64,000 bases of DNA from positions 112,158,001 through 112,222,000 of the forward strand of contig NC_043001.1 of NCBI RefSeq assembly GCF_006345805.1. Reading direction: 5' to 3'. The number at the start of each line of letters is the position of its first letter. Positions within the stretch are counted from its first letter, which is position 1. Below are positions 1 through 11,655 of this stretch, in pieces. This DNA comes from Octopus sinensis (taxonomy: Eukaryota). The notes under the pieces are model-generated. The model did not search any database, was not told the DNA's origin, and worked only from the letters and a program-made list of their open reading frames with translations. Position numbers and translations under genes: made by a program.

Positions 1-289
1 AATAACGGAATAAATATTTTGTTAGACGAAAAAAGGGAAGTTTAAAGTTTCGGAAATTAGACCTCTTCAGTGAAAGGTATAAGTCTTGATCGTTTCTTCG
101 TGGCATATAATATATTTCACTGCCTGAACATTTTTACGCACGGATTTTTATTAAATTCAAATTCTTCTTAAAAAGAAGGTGTTTTCTAGCAAAGAAACAA
201 AACGCCGCTGGAAATATTTTACAAACAACTACTAAAAGTTATGATTCTTGCTTTTATCTTATTTATTTGCTTCAATCCTTGAACTGCAG

Positions 290-960
290 CAATGCTACGG
301 TTTTCATATTTTAACTGTTCTACTTACAGATTGCATTTGCAGAGTATCTGTTAACTGGTTACTTTCTTTGCCTGATTGCCTGAAAAGCCCAGCTTTTCAA
401 GTTTACGACGTAAACATTTAGTAGCATAGCTATGCATTATTGATTATATATATAATAAATGTGAATTTATAATCTATAAAAATAAGCTGTATGTTTCGAA
501 ATAATTGTTCTCAAATATTCCCTTTCTCACTGACCGTGAAAGAAATGTTTACCTCTACAGGTCTGCCGAACTCTATAAAGACATAATTATTCTTTTCTTT
601 CTCAAACACAAGATTGTTATGTTTGCACAAGTCGAAGTTTTGATAGGAATATTCAACCAATATTCCTTGTGCCGGTTCTCTGCATTTCTTTCAGAGCAGT
701 CTTTCCTGCAGATTGAATTGTATATTGTTTCGCAACAACATCATGCCTCATTGAAAGGCAACACTTCAATGACAGTTATGGACAGCTGGTGATGACATAT
801 GTTGTATCTTCCACAGAAATGTGACATAATCCGACATTTTCTGTGCCATTTGGACAGTTAAGTACTTCGCAGTCTCTTTTCTTCGTCGAGCATTTTGTTG
901 TCATCTTTTGCACTTAAGTTACAAAAGTTATTTATATACTATTGAAAGTGTGACGTGATG
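290..960 (-). mobile_element. Degenerate RLE-type (R2/R4/NeSL-like) non-LTR retrotransposon, 3' ORF remnant
   Basis: Minus strand reads, with frameshifts and stops, a zinc-knuckle-like segment EDTTYVITSCP...MRHDVVAK, then HKEYWLNIPIKT, IEFGRPVEVNI and LEKLGFS, the order expected for the CCHC + restriction-like endonuclease region. Confidence 0.6.
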
Positions 961-1220
961 AAACGGTCATAAGTTCAAGAAAAGCTACACATCGCATTAA
1001 TATTACGATTAACATTATGTTTGCGTGAAATATCCTTATGCATAAACATTTTTCTGGACGCAGAGTGTTTCCTTTCCAGTTACTTTTTAGTTATGATAAT
1101 TCTGCAGTTATGTGTCTGCACGTAAAGTCTACGTTTGTTCTGCTCTTATCTTTCGATTTGTTCTTATATAGTGTTTCTAGACTAGAAATAAGACTCTTTA
1201 ATCCGAATATAAAAATGATC

Positions 1221-1222
<2 letters not shown>

Positions 1223-1251
<29 letters not shown>

Positions 1252-1312
1252 TGTATGTATGTATGTATGTATGTATGTATGTATGTCTGTATGTATGTAT
1301 GTATGTATGTAT
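1223..1312. repeat. (TATG)n microsatellite
   Basis: Near-perfect tetranucleotide run. Confidence 0.97.
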
Positions 1313-1410
1313 GGGCGAAGTTTTTAGTATTTTTGAATCAATATATTGTTTATAAACACTTCTTTGTTATTGCTTTCCGTTGGTCAAATATGGTAACTAA
1401 GTATATTTGA

Positions 1411-1823
1411 GCATAGGAGTGGCTGTGTGGTAAGTAGCTTGCTTACCAACCACATGGTTCCGGATTCAGTCACATTGCGTGGCACCTTGGGCAAGTATCT
1501 TCTACTATAGCCTCGGGCCGACTAAAGCCTTGTGAGTGGATTTGGTGGACGGAAACTGAAAGTAGCCCGTCATATATATGTATATATATATATGTATGTG
1601 TGTGTATGCGTTTGTGTGTCTATGCTTGTCCCTCCAATATCGCTTGACAATCGTTGCTGGTGTGTTTACGTCACCGTAACTTAGCGTTTCGGCAAAAAGA
1701 GACCGATAGAATAAGGCTTCCACAGAATTAGTCCTGGGGTCGATTTGCTCGACTAAAGGCGGTGCTCCAGAATGACCGCAGTGAAATGACTGAAACAAGT
1801 AACATAGTAAAAGAGTAAAAGAG
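1411..1823 (+). mobile_element. SINE family A, full copy (tRNA-like head, internal TA/TG tract, AAAAGAGT tail)
   Basis: Head ggagtggctgtgtggtaag...ggattcagtcac, body ccttgggcaagt...cttgacaa...gactgaaacaag; about ten homologous copies in the window. Confidence 0.9.
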
Positions 1824-2170
1824 AGTGCTAGACTTTGAAATATCTACTATGGTCGATACGTTTGACTGAGTCACTTCAAGGCGATGCCCCAACACGCCCG
1901 CAGTTCAATGATGGATCCAAATAATACATAGAAGTTAATATATATGTGAGCGTATGTGTGTGGGGGAGTGAATTAATAAGACACCATTCTATCCTAGACA
2001 ACTTTCATAGGTGGGCTTGTGTCTAGCTTCTCCAATAACAAAAGAGAGAATAACATACAATTGTGTCTTCAGTGTATATGTGTGTATGTGTGTATATATG
2101 TGTGTGCGTATATATGTGTGTGTGTGTGGTGTGTGTGTGTGTGTGTGTGAGTATTATATATATAGCATCC

Positions 2171-2355
2171 ATGCTTGATCGCTAAATCTACAAGTTTTTT
2201 TTACTCCCTCTCTCTTATTTTGTCTTATTCCTTTCTGTTGAAGAGCGTAGGCTCGAAACGTAATAGACTTGCTCACTTTCCCGAGCGTCAAACTAATACA
2301 CCTGCTGTTTTTCATACACCTGTTTACGTGTTTTGTCTTTCTGTAAATTTCAACT
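2171..2355 (+). mobile_element. Solo Penelope-like terminal repeat with hammerhead-like motif
   Basis: ctgttgaagagcgtaggctcgaaacgta at 2235-2262, identical to the core in the 3' end of the Penelope at 16473; homologous to 44513-44667. Confidence 0.75.
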
Positions 2356-2580
2356 GTGTGTGTGTGTGTGTATGTAGAAGTCGGAAACGAGCACACGAGT
2401 GATATGCATAAGGAAAATAATACAAGGTAGAAAATGCTAAAACAATTTTATCATGAAGAACATTTTAGTACTGGTTTCAGTCTCTGCGACTTTTCGAAGT
2501 TAGTGTAAAGCTTGAAAAGCAATTAAATTGTAGAAAAATGAAATGAAATGCTGAATTAAAATATTTCCATAGTTGTTCCA

Positions 2581-2641
2581 AGAAGAAGAAGAAGAAGAAG
2601 AAGAAGAAGAAGAAGAAGAAGAAGAAGAAGAAGAAGAAGAA
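2581..2641. repeat. (AAG)n microsatellite
   Basis: Perfect run of about 20 units. Confidence 0.97.
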
Positions 2642-2689
2642 TGAGCCCGGAATCATGTGGTTGGTAAGCAAGCTATTTTATTTCAAAAA

Positions 2690-3428
2690 ATTTGCCATGT
2701 GGGCATAATACAGAGGAGACAAACATGGACAGACAAACATAGAATGGTGAAGTAGCTTAAAGCGTTGTTATGAATCGATTAAAGATATGAAAAAGGTGAA
2801 TAATTTAATTTAAAATAAAATACATTGCGTTATGCAATGTGACACCAAAGGAAAGGCATCCGACATCAGGGTGGGGCCTTTGCTTTTCTTCCAGGGATTC
2901 ACTTACTTGGTACCATTCACTCCCAGCTTTCTTACCACAGGTTTCCATCTCTTCTCGAATTTCTCACGTGACAGGTACCGCTTCTCGAGCCTGATCTTGC
3001 TGCTGAGGTGGTACCTAAAAAAGTTGACCAACCCCTGGCCGGATACAAAGGTACTCGTCATAATCCCTTTCACACGTGTCTTCCATACCGTTTCTTTTAA
3101 AATGGCTACCACGCAGTAAAAACAGGCCTTCCTTTCCCCGCTAAGGGAAGAAGGCGGCACAATATCAATGATGGACTCTGCTGATAGCTGTACACTTCCC
3201 ATCGATGACAAAAGTTGTTCTGTGAAAGCTATCAATCCTGATAATTCCGGACATCCCACGAATGCGTGCAAGATGTCTTCCCTGTCCTGCCCGCACCTCA
3301 GTCATGACGGCGAGACACAACTACTATTCTATAATTGTTTATTGCTGAACCCCGAAGTTACGGTTACCAAAAGAACCCCTAAGTTACGCTCGATGAGAGG
3401 CAGAGAGAGACATGTATTTGCGTCGTAA
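2690..3428 (-). mobile_element. L1/Tx1-clade LINE 3' end (ORF2 C-terminus + 3' UTR)
   Basis: Minus frame VSPS*LRCGQDREDILHAFVGCP is a CCHC knuckle whose first Cys is a stop, continuing into ORF 2903-3271 (LVNFFRYHLSSKIRLE...FEKRW), typical of Tx1 ORF2 ends. Confidence 0.75.
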
Positions 3429-3790
3429 AAATAGATCACTACTTCTTGAAGAATTTGTCGGACCCTAGAAGGCCTTAGCTTACTTTAATTTTATTTTAAG
3501 TCGTTAATTACCTAAAGCAATGCAATGTCATTAATTACTAATATACAAATTGAATAACGCGTGCACACATACACACAGAAATTAGATTTTTCAAAGTTTA
3601 ATAATAGAACAGTTTAGGCTAATTTATAAATATTTAGCTTATATTTTTAATTAATTAATTTCCTTCACATTTTACGTTAACCCAATTTCTTTGACAGGAA
3701 TCCAGTCTGCTCGAAATGTGCCGACGGCCGGGCCAAGTTCGTATTAAAAAAAAAATAAATAAATAATAATATAATAATAATAATAATAAT

Positions 3791-4144
3791 ACGGCAGATG
3801 ACAACGTGTCTCTAAAAGAAATGGAGAAACTCTCAAAATACAAAGACCTGGAAATAGAGGTAACTAGAATGTGGAACCTGAAAACAGAAACAATTCCTAT
3901 CATAGTAGGTGCATTAGGCATGATAAAAAAATATTCAGACAAATACATAACAAAAACACCAGGACTTAAAAACACATATAACATACAGAAAATTGCACTA
4001 CTAGGCACTGCACACATCCTACGCAGAACACTTTCCATACAATAACCATCAGAGCATCACAACAAATCACAGCACATACCCAAGGCACACAGAGCTGCGC
4101 TCGGTAGTGAAGTGAAAGCCCGCTATAAAAATAAAATAAAACTA

Positions 4145-4204
<60 letters not shown>
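3791..4204 (+). mobile_element. R4/Dong-like RLE LINE, 5'-truncated 3' end with (TAA)n tail
   Basis: ORF 3806-4045 EKLSKYKDLEIEVTRMW...PIIVGALG...IQKIALLGTAHILR matches the RLE domain C-terminus; short UTR then (TAA)n; near-identical copy at 36773. Confidence 0.85.
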
Positions 4205-4439
4205 TTGTTGTTACTGTTAAAAAGAAATTTGAGTTAAATTGTAACTTAACCAGCGAAACTTGACTTGGAACATATGTTTTTATCTATTTCCAACAAAAAC
4301 CACGTTGGTTGATGTAATTACAGAAGAAGGAGAAAGAGAACGAAAAAGAGAGAGTGCGAGAGAGAGAGAGGGGGGGAGAAGAAAGAAAGAAAGAAAGAGG
4401 GAGAGAGAGAAAGAGCGAGAGAAGAATTTAAGGAACTGT

Positions 4440-4870
4440 AGAGAAAATGCTTGTTAAGAGCTGTGCCGACCACCATAGCAGTTTTTGAAGAAGTTAGCAG
4501 GTAGGGGCTGGAGTAAGGGATTAGTGTCATAGTTTCGGTGATAAGAATTAGTGATGCATGCTTATATGTTTTTGTGTAGGTAGATACTTATTGAATAGAA
4601 GACACAAGTTGAAAAGTTTAATAAGAATAGGAGCTAATTATAATGTACAGGTAACATTGAGAATATGGCACCTGGCGTCACATCTGGGTTTACGGGTTCG
4701 CTGGTGATTAAAGAAGAGAGTAATGTGGCAAATTTAGAAGTCTTGTATGTTAAGGTAGGATAAAGTGGGAGGAAAGATATAAGGCCAAGAGCAAATTACT
4801 TCTCTTGGTGTTGGAGCTGAAGGCGAAGTAAATGGTGAAAATACTGGGTTTGACTGTAGGGGGTGCCGTT
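4440..4870 (-). mobile_element. Highly degenerate CR1/Jockey-like RT N-terminal fragment
   Basis: Minus strand LAPILIKLFNLCL resembles the ELxPxLxxLFNxCL motif preceding RT domain 1; remainder frameshifted. Confidence 0.4.
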
Positions 4871-5904
4871 AATTATCATACTTACATTAGCAATTGGCTG
4901 TTAAAAAGGATGATCAATCAACATTAATAGAAATTTTTTCTGCAGTGCGGAACTATCTGGATTTAATTTTCTCAAGCAACATATAAAATTGTGTCATGTA
5001 CTTAGTTAACGCATAAAAATCACCAGTTCACCATGGTATCCACAATTCTTCTCAAATTAGTAAGTGAACGAATATACGGGAAACGAACCCGAATACATTA
5101 CCTCTATAATATAACTAGGACAATCTCTTATCTAGTTGAACAAGATGTTTTCCAATTTATTTATTTCTGCAGACAATAGACAAATAATTCTCTGGGGACA
5201 ATAAAACGCTACTCGCTAGTATCTGATGAAGAAGATTGTGAACTGAATAGTGAATGAAACACTATCTTTTTCCTCAACGTACGTAATCTAATGGAGAAAG
5301 TTATTACTCCACCAACCTGTCTGATATTAGTTGTAATGGCCGAGTTGTAAAACTTGTGTCTATAACGGAAGCTGTCAAATAACTTCCGGTCGCTAATTAA
5401 CATCAGCGAAATCTTAGCTGTTTTCTTTGTCTTCGCAGTTTTTTCTCCGAGCAAGACTCTGTTTAGCTTTCTTTAGTCTTGATTTATTATATTTGGCTAT
5501 ACGTTTCTGTTTTATATTTAATTTGTTTCTTTCTGCTGTTTGCTTTTTACACTCGTTGCATAATCATTAAGACAGATATAGGTCGTCGCACATTTATTCA
5601 CACAGAAACACAGAGTCGTACTTTACAAATGTAAATATTTTGAGCAAATAAGAGTGAGCTGCTACTAGTTAATAAAGTATAGTTTTACATGAATGATAAC
5701 AAACCACACATACATATATGTTCCGTATTGTTTTGTTTCTTTGTATATATGTCTGTGTGTGTGTGTTGATTTATGTGTTTATAGTTGGCATTCTTATACA
5801 AATTAGTGTTGCATTTTTAATTTTAATTAAATGAAACCAAGTAGTTGTATATCTCATTACTCTACAGATCATTAATACATCACCGATGAATATATATATA
5901 TATA

Positions 5905-6010
5905 TATATAAATTAATCAAAATAAAAACATGATGCCAAGGATTCAGCGGTACATATGTTTCGGGCCTTTATTAGACAGATTTATAACAATGCATAATGT
6001 GTGTCTATGG
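5905..6010 (-). mobile_element. Possible Penelope-like terminus with decayed hammerhead-like motif, abutting (TA)n
   Basis: Minus strand ctaataa-aggccc-gaa-acatatgt-a (CUGAUGA with two G>A changes, palindromic stem III) followed by an AT-rich end and (TA)n. Confidence 0.35.
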
Positions 6011-6749
6011 CCTTCTTGAGCCGCGAACAATTACTACCTCAAGGACATGTATTACATCAACAATTCTACGTTGGGGATGCAAATCTTCTCATTCGCGTAC
6101 GACATAATGCGGCAACAGCACAAAAATGAAGCGTCCATCTCGTCCTTCTCTCAATGTATATATATATATATGTACACATAAATACATACAAACACACACA
6201 TATACATACATATATATGTACGTATATGAGTATATGTAGCACCTATTTTTCTGTCAAAAAGCCTAGTAGACAACTGTTCAATAAATGTAGTGCATATTGT
6301 TTAATTTAAGAATATATACCCTATGAGGATGAATGCATTGTGAGGCTACTCAGTGTTTTAAATGAAAGTATATGAATGTTCTTCCATACATGCATGCATG
6401 CATACATATATAAATACATATATAAATACATACATACATAATTATATACATATATGCATGAAAACTTCGCCTAGCAAATAATTTTATTTTATTTGCTAAA
6501 ATAAGTCAGAAACCATGGTCCAGGAAATAGATGGTAAATGTTCTTATTTTTCATTCCCTTCGAGAATCTATCCCTAATTTGTGGTTTGGACTTTAGCTGT
6601 TCCTTCTAGCGTAAGGGAGTCCTATGATGGAAACCTCTTAATGTACACTATTTTATATGAATAATATATAGTCTATTGACTAATTTTTCTATACGCTAGA
6701 CCACTGGTAGTAAAATTTTCTAAAATCTTTATTACCCTGATATTATATA

Positions 6750-6780
<31 letters not shown>

Positions 6781-8590
6781 TTAAAAAAATGAGTAGAGAT
6801 GGCTTTGGTGGGGCTAACTTTTATTTTAATGATAATGTTTACTGTTACTCAAGTGAGTTTTGAGTTTTTCGATAGCCGTTTTCAAACTCGAATTCTGTGG
6901 TTTAGAAGGTTGCTTATATAGCAAAAGCGTTTTGCTTACAAGTATGCAAATTAAAAATAGAAATAGAAACAGAAAATAGAGAATAAAAGATAGAAAATAA
7001 AACAATGTAAAATAAAAAAATATAAAAATTAATATAAAAAATAATATACAAAAATAATAAAAGAATACAGAAAGTATATATAACAGCTTGGAATATATAC
7101 ATACATATATATATATACATACATACATATGTACCCACACGCATGTAGATATGCATTTGGATGCGTGTATGTGCGTGTCGGTGTGTGTTCTGAAACGTAA
7201 GCACAAACAAAAGCTCGCAATGTTTTTGATAAAACATTAACATACTTTCATTGTAGATGGTGCACAAACGGGATATCTTCGTTAGTATCATTGTTTCATC
7301 GTTTAAGAAGATTATTTAAAGCATGAGCGCTAGAATGATTCACCTATATAATATGTATATTCCGCTGACACCCTCTCCCCTGACGCGTCTTCAATTTTGA
7401 TGTTGGCATGCATTACATGTGAACGGGAGAATGTTTGTATCAAGTAAATAAAACTTCGTATTTTTTTATAACTTCAACATGAGTTGGCATATGCGTATAT
7501 ACTTACATAGTTAATCACATTAGCGTCAAGGTTACGTCTTAGTGTCATGAACTTTAAGTGGCATGTACTGATCAATGTGTGAGCTAGTTGCCTTTTTCTT
7601 AATTATACTTACGTTCCTATGGCTCATTGCATAAAAGTTAATCCATATTAACTTACGTAAGTTTATTATTATTTTTTTTTTTTTAATGTAATGGAAAACG
7701 ACAATAACAGATCGTAAACAAAATAGAAAAAAAAATGGTAAGTAAGTAGTGAATTACTGACATGAAAATAATGCTTAATTCTTGCAAGAAATTTCTATAA
7801 CAAATAATGTCACGAAAATGCCAAGCGTAAAATGTATCATTATTAAATTCTCGTCAACCACTTCTCATATGGTGGACTAAAGTGATTTTTGACACTTAAG
7901 ATGTTTTGGCAGCTATTGTTAGGAATCATTTTAATTATAAATGCTAGATTGGCTACGAGGTTTATAAATAACAGCAAAGGTAACTCTGAGTTTCTCAGCA
8001 GTATTGTATTTAAAACTTTAATCGTATTTAGAAATGCTCTGTTGATAAGTGAATCGTTAGTTCGTATCTTGCTAGTGTTTTGTAGGCTGAGTATGTAGAT
8101 GTAGCATAGTAAAAGTGACGAATGTTTCATTTGAGAGAAATATTTTAATCAATCATCGATTTATTTAATATCCCTACCTGTCCGATAAGTTGCTATAGTG
8201 GAGTCTGCTGTGTTACACTTGAGTAGAGGGATCCATCTGTCCTTCAGTTTGACACTGCTAAAGATCCTTTGGTGCCTTGTGCAGAGTCAGCCCTGTTTTA
8301 AGCATTCGAATCGGGGCACTTGTTAGAGGATAATTCCCTACTTTCTTCCCATCATCACAAAGGTACTTAAAAAGATCAAATGCTCTGTCCTTCTTTCACT
8401 AGTTAAACCATAAACAAAACCAAAAATAAACTAGCATTGTTCATTTGAGACCTGTCTGTAAGTTTGACCAAAAATAAAAACACTTAAATTACCGTTGTGT
8501 TTAAACTTTACTTTCATAGTGAATTCGAATGCTTCTTCGAAAACGCATTTTTGAAACGCATTTCTAAATGTAAAATGTATTATGACTTAT

Positions 8591-8980
8591 CATGGAGGCA
8601 CAATGGCCCCAGTGGTTAGAGCAGCGGACTCGCGGTCATAAGATCGCGGTTTCGATTCCCAGACCGGGCGTTGTGAGTGTTTATTGAGCGAAAACACCTA
8701 AAGCTCCACGAGACTCCGGCAGGAGATGGTGGTGATCCCTGCTGTACTCTTTCACAACAACTTTCTCTCTCTCTTACTTCCTGTTTCTGTTGTACCTGTA
8801 TTTCAAAGGGCCGGCCTTGTCACTCTCTGTGTCACGCTGAATGTCCCCGAGAACTACGTTAAGGGTACACGTGTCTGTGGAGTGCTCAGCCACTTACACG
8901 TTAATTTCACGAGCAGGCTGTTCCGTTGATTCGGATCAACCGGAACCCTCATCGTCGTAACCGACGGAGTGCTTCCATCC
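8591..8980 (+). mobile_element. SINE family B (tRNA-derived), full copy with 12-bp TSD
   Basis: A box tggccccagtgg, B box ggtttcgattcc; TSD attatgacttat at 8579-8590 and 8981-8992; three further near-identical copies. Confidence 0.92.
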
Positions 8981-9299
8981 ATTATGACTTATTCTTATTA
9001 CTCTATCAATTTAGTACTTTTCATTGTTTTATTCTTTATCTGATGTTATTTTTTCAAGTGTTGTTCTTTCTTTTTTTCCTTTCCTCTCTCTTCTACCCGT
9101 TCATTCAGTTCTACATTATTATTCCAAAGAACATTAAAAATACTGCACTACACTCTTTGTCGTGATTAGTTGTGGCTTTTTGATCTTCTGTTAATTAGAT
9201 GCCCCAGCCATCGTATTAGTAAAGTAATCAGAACATTGAACAAAATGCGCTCTGAGTTCAAATACCGCTGAAGTCACCAATACCTTTTATCCTGTTGGA

Positions 9300-10320
9300 A
9301 TCAATAAAATAAGATATCAGTCCAGAGGGATGGCTTGGTGAAAGTGTCAGTGTTGGAAAAGAATGCCCTGCGGTGTTTGTTCCGGCCCATTACTTCCTGA
9401 GCTCTTGAACGGTAATTCAACATCTCATGGTCCTTGGATGACTTTCGTGGAGTACGTTCAGTTGCTAGCTTCTGGGTGGAATCTCCAGCTTGAAGATGAT
9501 GTCTTCCAATCTTCTTTCTCACATCAGGGAGCCTGAAAAGAGGCACGGAAACTACTCTTTTCTCCTTGACTAAGCGGCCGAAAACAACTGAATCAGGACC
9601 AACCAAACCTATGGTCATTCACAAACATTCATACCAAGAACATCTCATCTATTTATCAGGCAATGCCCATCTAAGACTACATCATCTAATGCCCCCCCCC
9701 CTTTGAAAGCAGTATGCCGTAATTCGAGAAGATTTCGGATCTCTCGGACAAATGAGCAAGTCGTTGACGAAATTATGAAAAGCGTTCCCGGTGTGACCAA
9801 CCACATTGGTGAATGAGATGGTCGACAGGTTTCTGAGGGAGTACTAAGAGGTAAATGGAACATTCATAAACAGAGACAAATCAATGGCTAAGCAACTCGG
9901 CATCCACAGAAATGATTCGATGCAGAATGGTGATTTTTTGTCGCTGGGTCGATGATCCAGTTAAAGTTCTCGGGGTTCTTATTCGAACCATACCTCGATA
10001 TTGATAAAAAAGATCTGCGCAAAGGTCACGAGTAGAGTGGCCAGTCTTATTCAGTAATACACTGAGAGAGGACAATCCCTAAAAATCGAGTGGAAATAGT
10101 TAATTGCTTTAATAATGCACCTGTATTGCTTTAGTAATGCACCACCGTCTAACCGTCGTGCCCTGTCCCGGGTGCTGAATGGATTGGAGCATGGTTTCTA
10201 GTGGAAAGGACATACCCGTTGGTCAGGAAGTCATCGTGCGGCCAACGCCCACTTCAAGTGGTCGCGAGATGCCGTGGCTGATGGCGCACATGCATGTGCA
10301 GAGACAGACTCATTTACAGG
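9300..10320 (+). mobile_element. Degenerate L1/Tx1 ORF2 fragment (RT C-terminal part)
   Basis: With stops and frameshifts reads RWVDDPVKVLGV, HRLTVVPCP, WKG..PLVRKS and EMPWLM, motifs that follow the RT domain in Tx1-type ORF2. The 5' boundary is uncertain. Confidence 0.7.
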
Positions 10321-10329
10321 GATTTCCAC

Positions 10330-10700
10330 CGCCATCACCACCACTACTACTACTAGCACCATTGTCACGACTTCCACTGCCACTATAGCCATTACCATTG
10401 CAACCACCTTCACTAGAAGCGTTACAGTTGCCATCATCTCTGCCACCAATGCTATCATCACAATTACAATTATCACCGCTCAAATCACCACGCCCACTAT
10501 TAGAACTACCACTTCCACAACCGCCACCACCAACACCACCACCACTATCTTCACCACCAGCACCAGCACCAGCACCACCACCACCACCACCGCCGCCACC
10601 GCTGCCACAGCTGCCACCGCCGCCGCCTCCAACTACTACTACTACTACTACTACTGCTACTACTACGACTACTACTACTACTATTACTACTACTGCTACA
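10330..10700. repeat. Compound (ACC)/(GCC)/(ACT)n low-complexity tract
   Basis: Trinucleotide runs; source of the overlapping poly-T/P/V ORFs. Confidence 0.9.
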
Positions 10701-10904
10701 CATCAGTCTAAATACACAAGCACACTTAATCCGTTTGTAAATAAATCATGAGACAGAACTGAACAAACCGCCCACCCGAAGCTAGTTTTCTAACCACGAA
10801 CACACACAAACGTGATGTCGGTGGAGACGTGTTCTAATGTCAGCTGTCTCCACCACACACAATGCATCATCGCTTTTCTCTTAAATGCATTATTTATGTT
10901 CCCT

Positions 10905-11512
10905 TAAGACGGCAATTCGGCAGACTCATTAGTACACCCGGAGAAATGCTTAGCGGTATTTTGTCTCCCGCTACGTTCTGAGTTCAAATTCCGCCGAGGT
11001 CGACTTTGCCTTTCATCCTTTTGGGGTCGATTAAATAAGTACCAGTTACGCACTGGGGTCGACATAATCGACTTAATCCGTTTGTCAGTCCTTGTTTCTC
11101 CCCTCTGTGTGTAGCCCCTGTGGGCAGTAAAAACATAGGTATTTCGTCCGTCTTTATGTTCTGAGTTCAAATTCCGCCGAGGTCGACTTTGCCTTTCATC
11201 CTTTTGGGGTCGATTAAATATGTACCAGTTACGCACTGGGGTCGACATAATCGACTTAATCCGTTTGTCAGTCCTTGTTTCTCCCCTCTGTGTGTAGCCC
11301 CTTGTGGGCAGTAAAGAAATAGGTATTTCGTCCGTCTTTACGTTCTGAGTTCAAATTCCACCGAGGTCGACTTTGTCTTTCATCCTTTTGAGGTCGATAA
11401 ATTAAGTACCATTTACGCACTGGGGTCGATGTAATCGACTTAATCCCTTTGTCTGTCCTTGTTTGTCCCCTCATTTCGCCCGGCATTCTAACGTTTCCGC
11501 CAGCTCGCCGCC
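10905..11512 (+). mobile_element. SINE family C tandem trimer (about 184-bp period) followed by an inverted SINE C head
   Basis: Three head-to-tail units joined at ata-ggtatttcg (11138, 11322); antisense head catttcgcccggc...gctcgccgcc at 11472-11512. Confidence 0.9.
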
Positions 11513-11587
11513 TTTGCTATTATTATATTGATACTGAAGATTATGAGGTCCATGAAATAGTTAAGATAATGACTATAGTAACAGTCA

Positions 11588-11655
11588 TAATATTAGTATA
11601 ATTAGTATAATATTAGTAAAATATTAGTATAATATTAGTATAATATTAGTATGAT
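11588..11655. repeat. 11-bp minisatellite (ataatattagt)n
   Basis: About six imperfect tandem units. Confidence 0.85.

Noticed and set aside
38-72. Minus-strand CTGAAGA-GG...CC-GAAAC hammerhead-like motif
   Set aside because: Only a 2-bp stem II, mismatched stem III and no stem I complement; too decayed to support.
4886-4897. 12-nt minus-strand microexon candidate (tttttaacag|CCAATTGCTAAT|gtaagt)
   Set aside because: Signals are good, but such pairs are expected by chance in 128 kb of AT-rich strands and it abuts a decayed LINE; needs junction reads.
6010-6150. Protein-like open stretch AANNYYLKDMYYINNSTLGMQIFSFAYDIMRQQHK
   Set aside because: Preceded by an in-frame stop, no splice signals, no family recognised; adjacent to a probable repeat terminus.
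7843-8130. Overlapping hydrophobic ORFs; ANLAF resembling the iGluR SYTANLAAF motif
   Set aside because: Match is too short and AT-rich sequence yields I/L/F/N-rich ORFs on both strands.
8176-8400. GC-richer island with minus-strand CAG|GTAGGG donor
   Set aside because: All three frames from the best acceptor contain stops; no assignable product.
8594-8670. tRNA gene calls for SINE heads (also 48788, 54531)
   Set aside because: A and B boxes are present but there is no complete cloverleaf or acceptor stem, and each runs into a SINE body.
8677-8929. 61-aa (MFIERKHL...) and 67-aa ORFs recurring intact four times
   Set aside because: They lie wholly within near-identical SINE B copies and begin at GTG; recurrence reflects the SINE, not coding selection.
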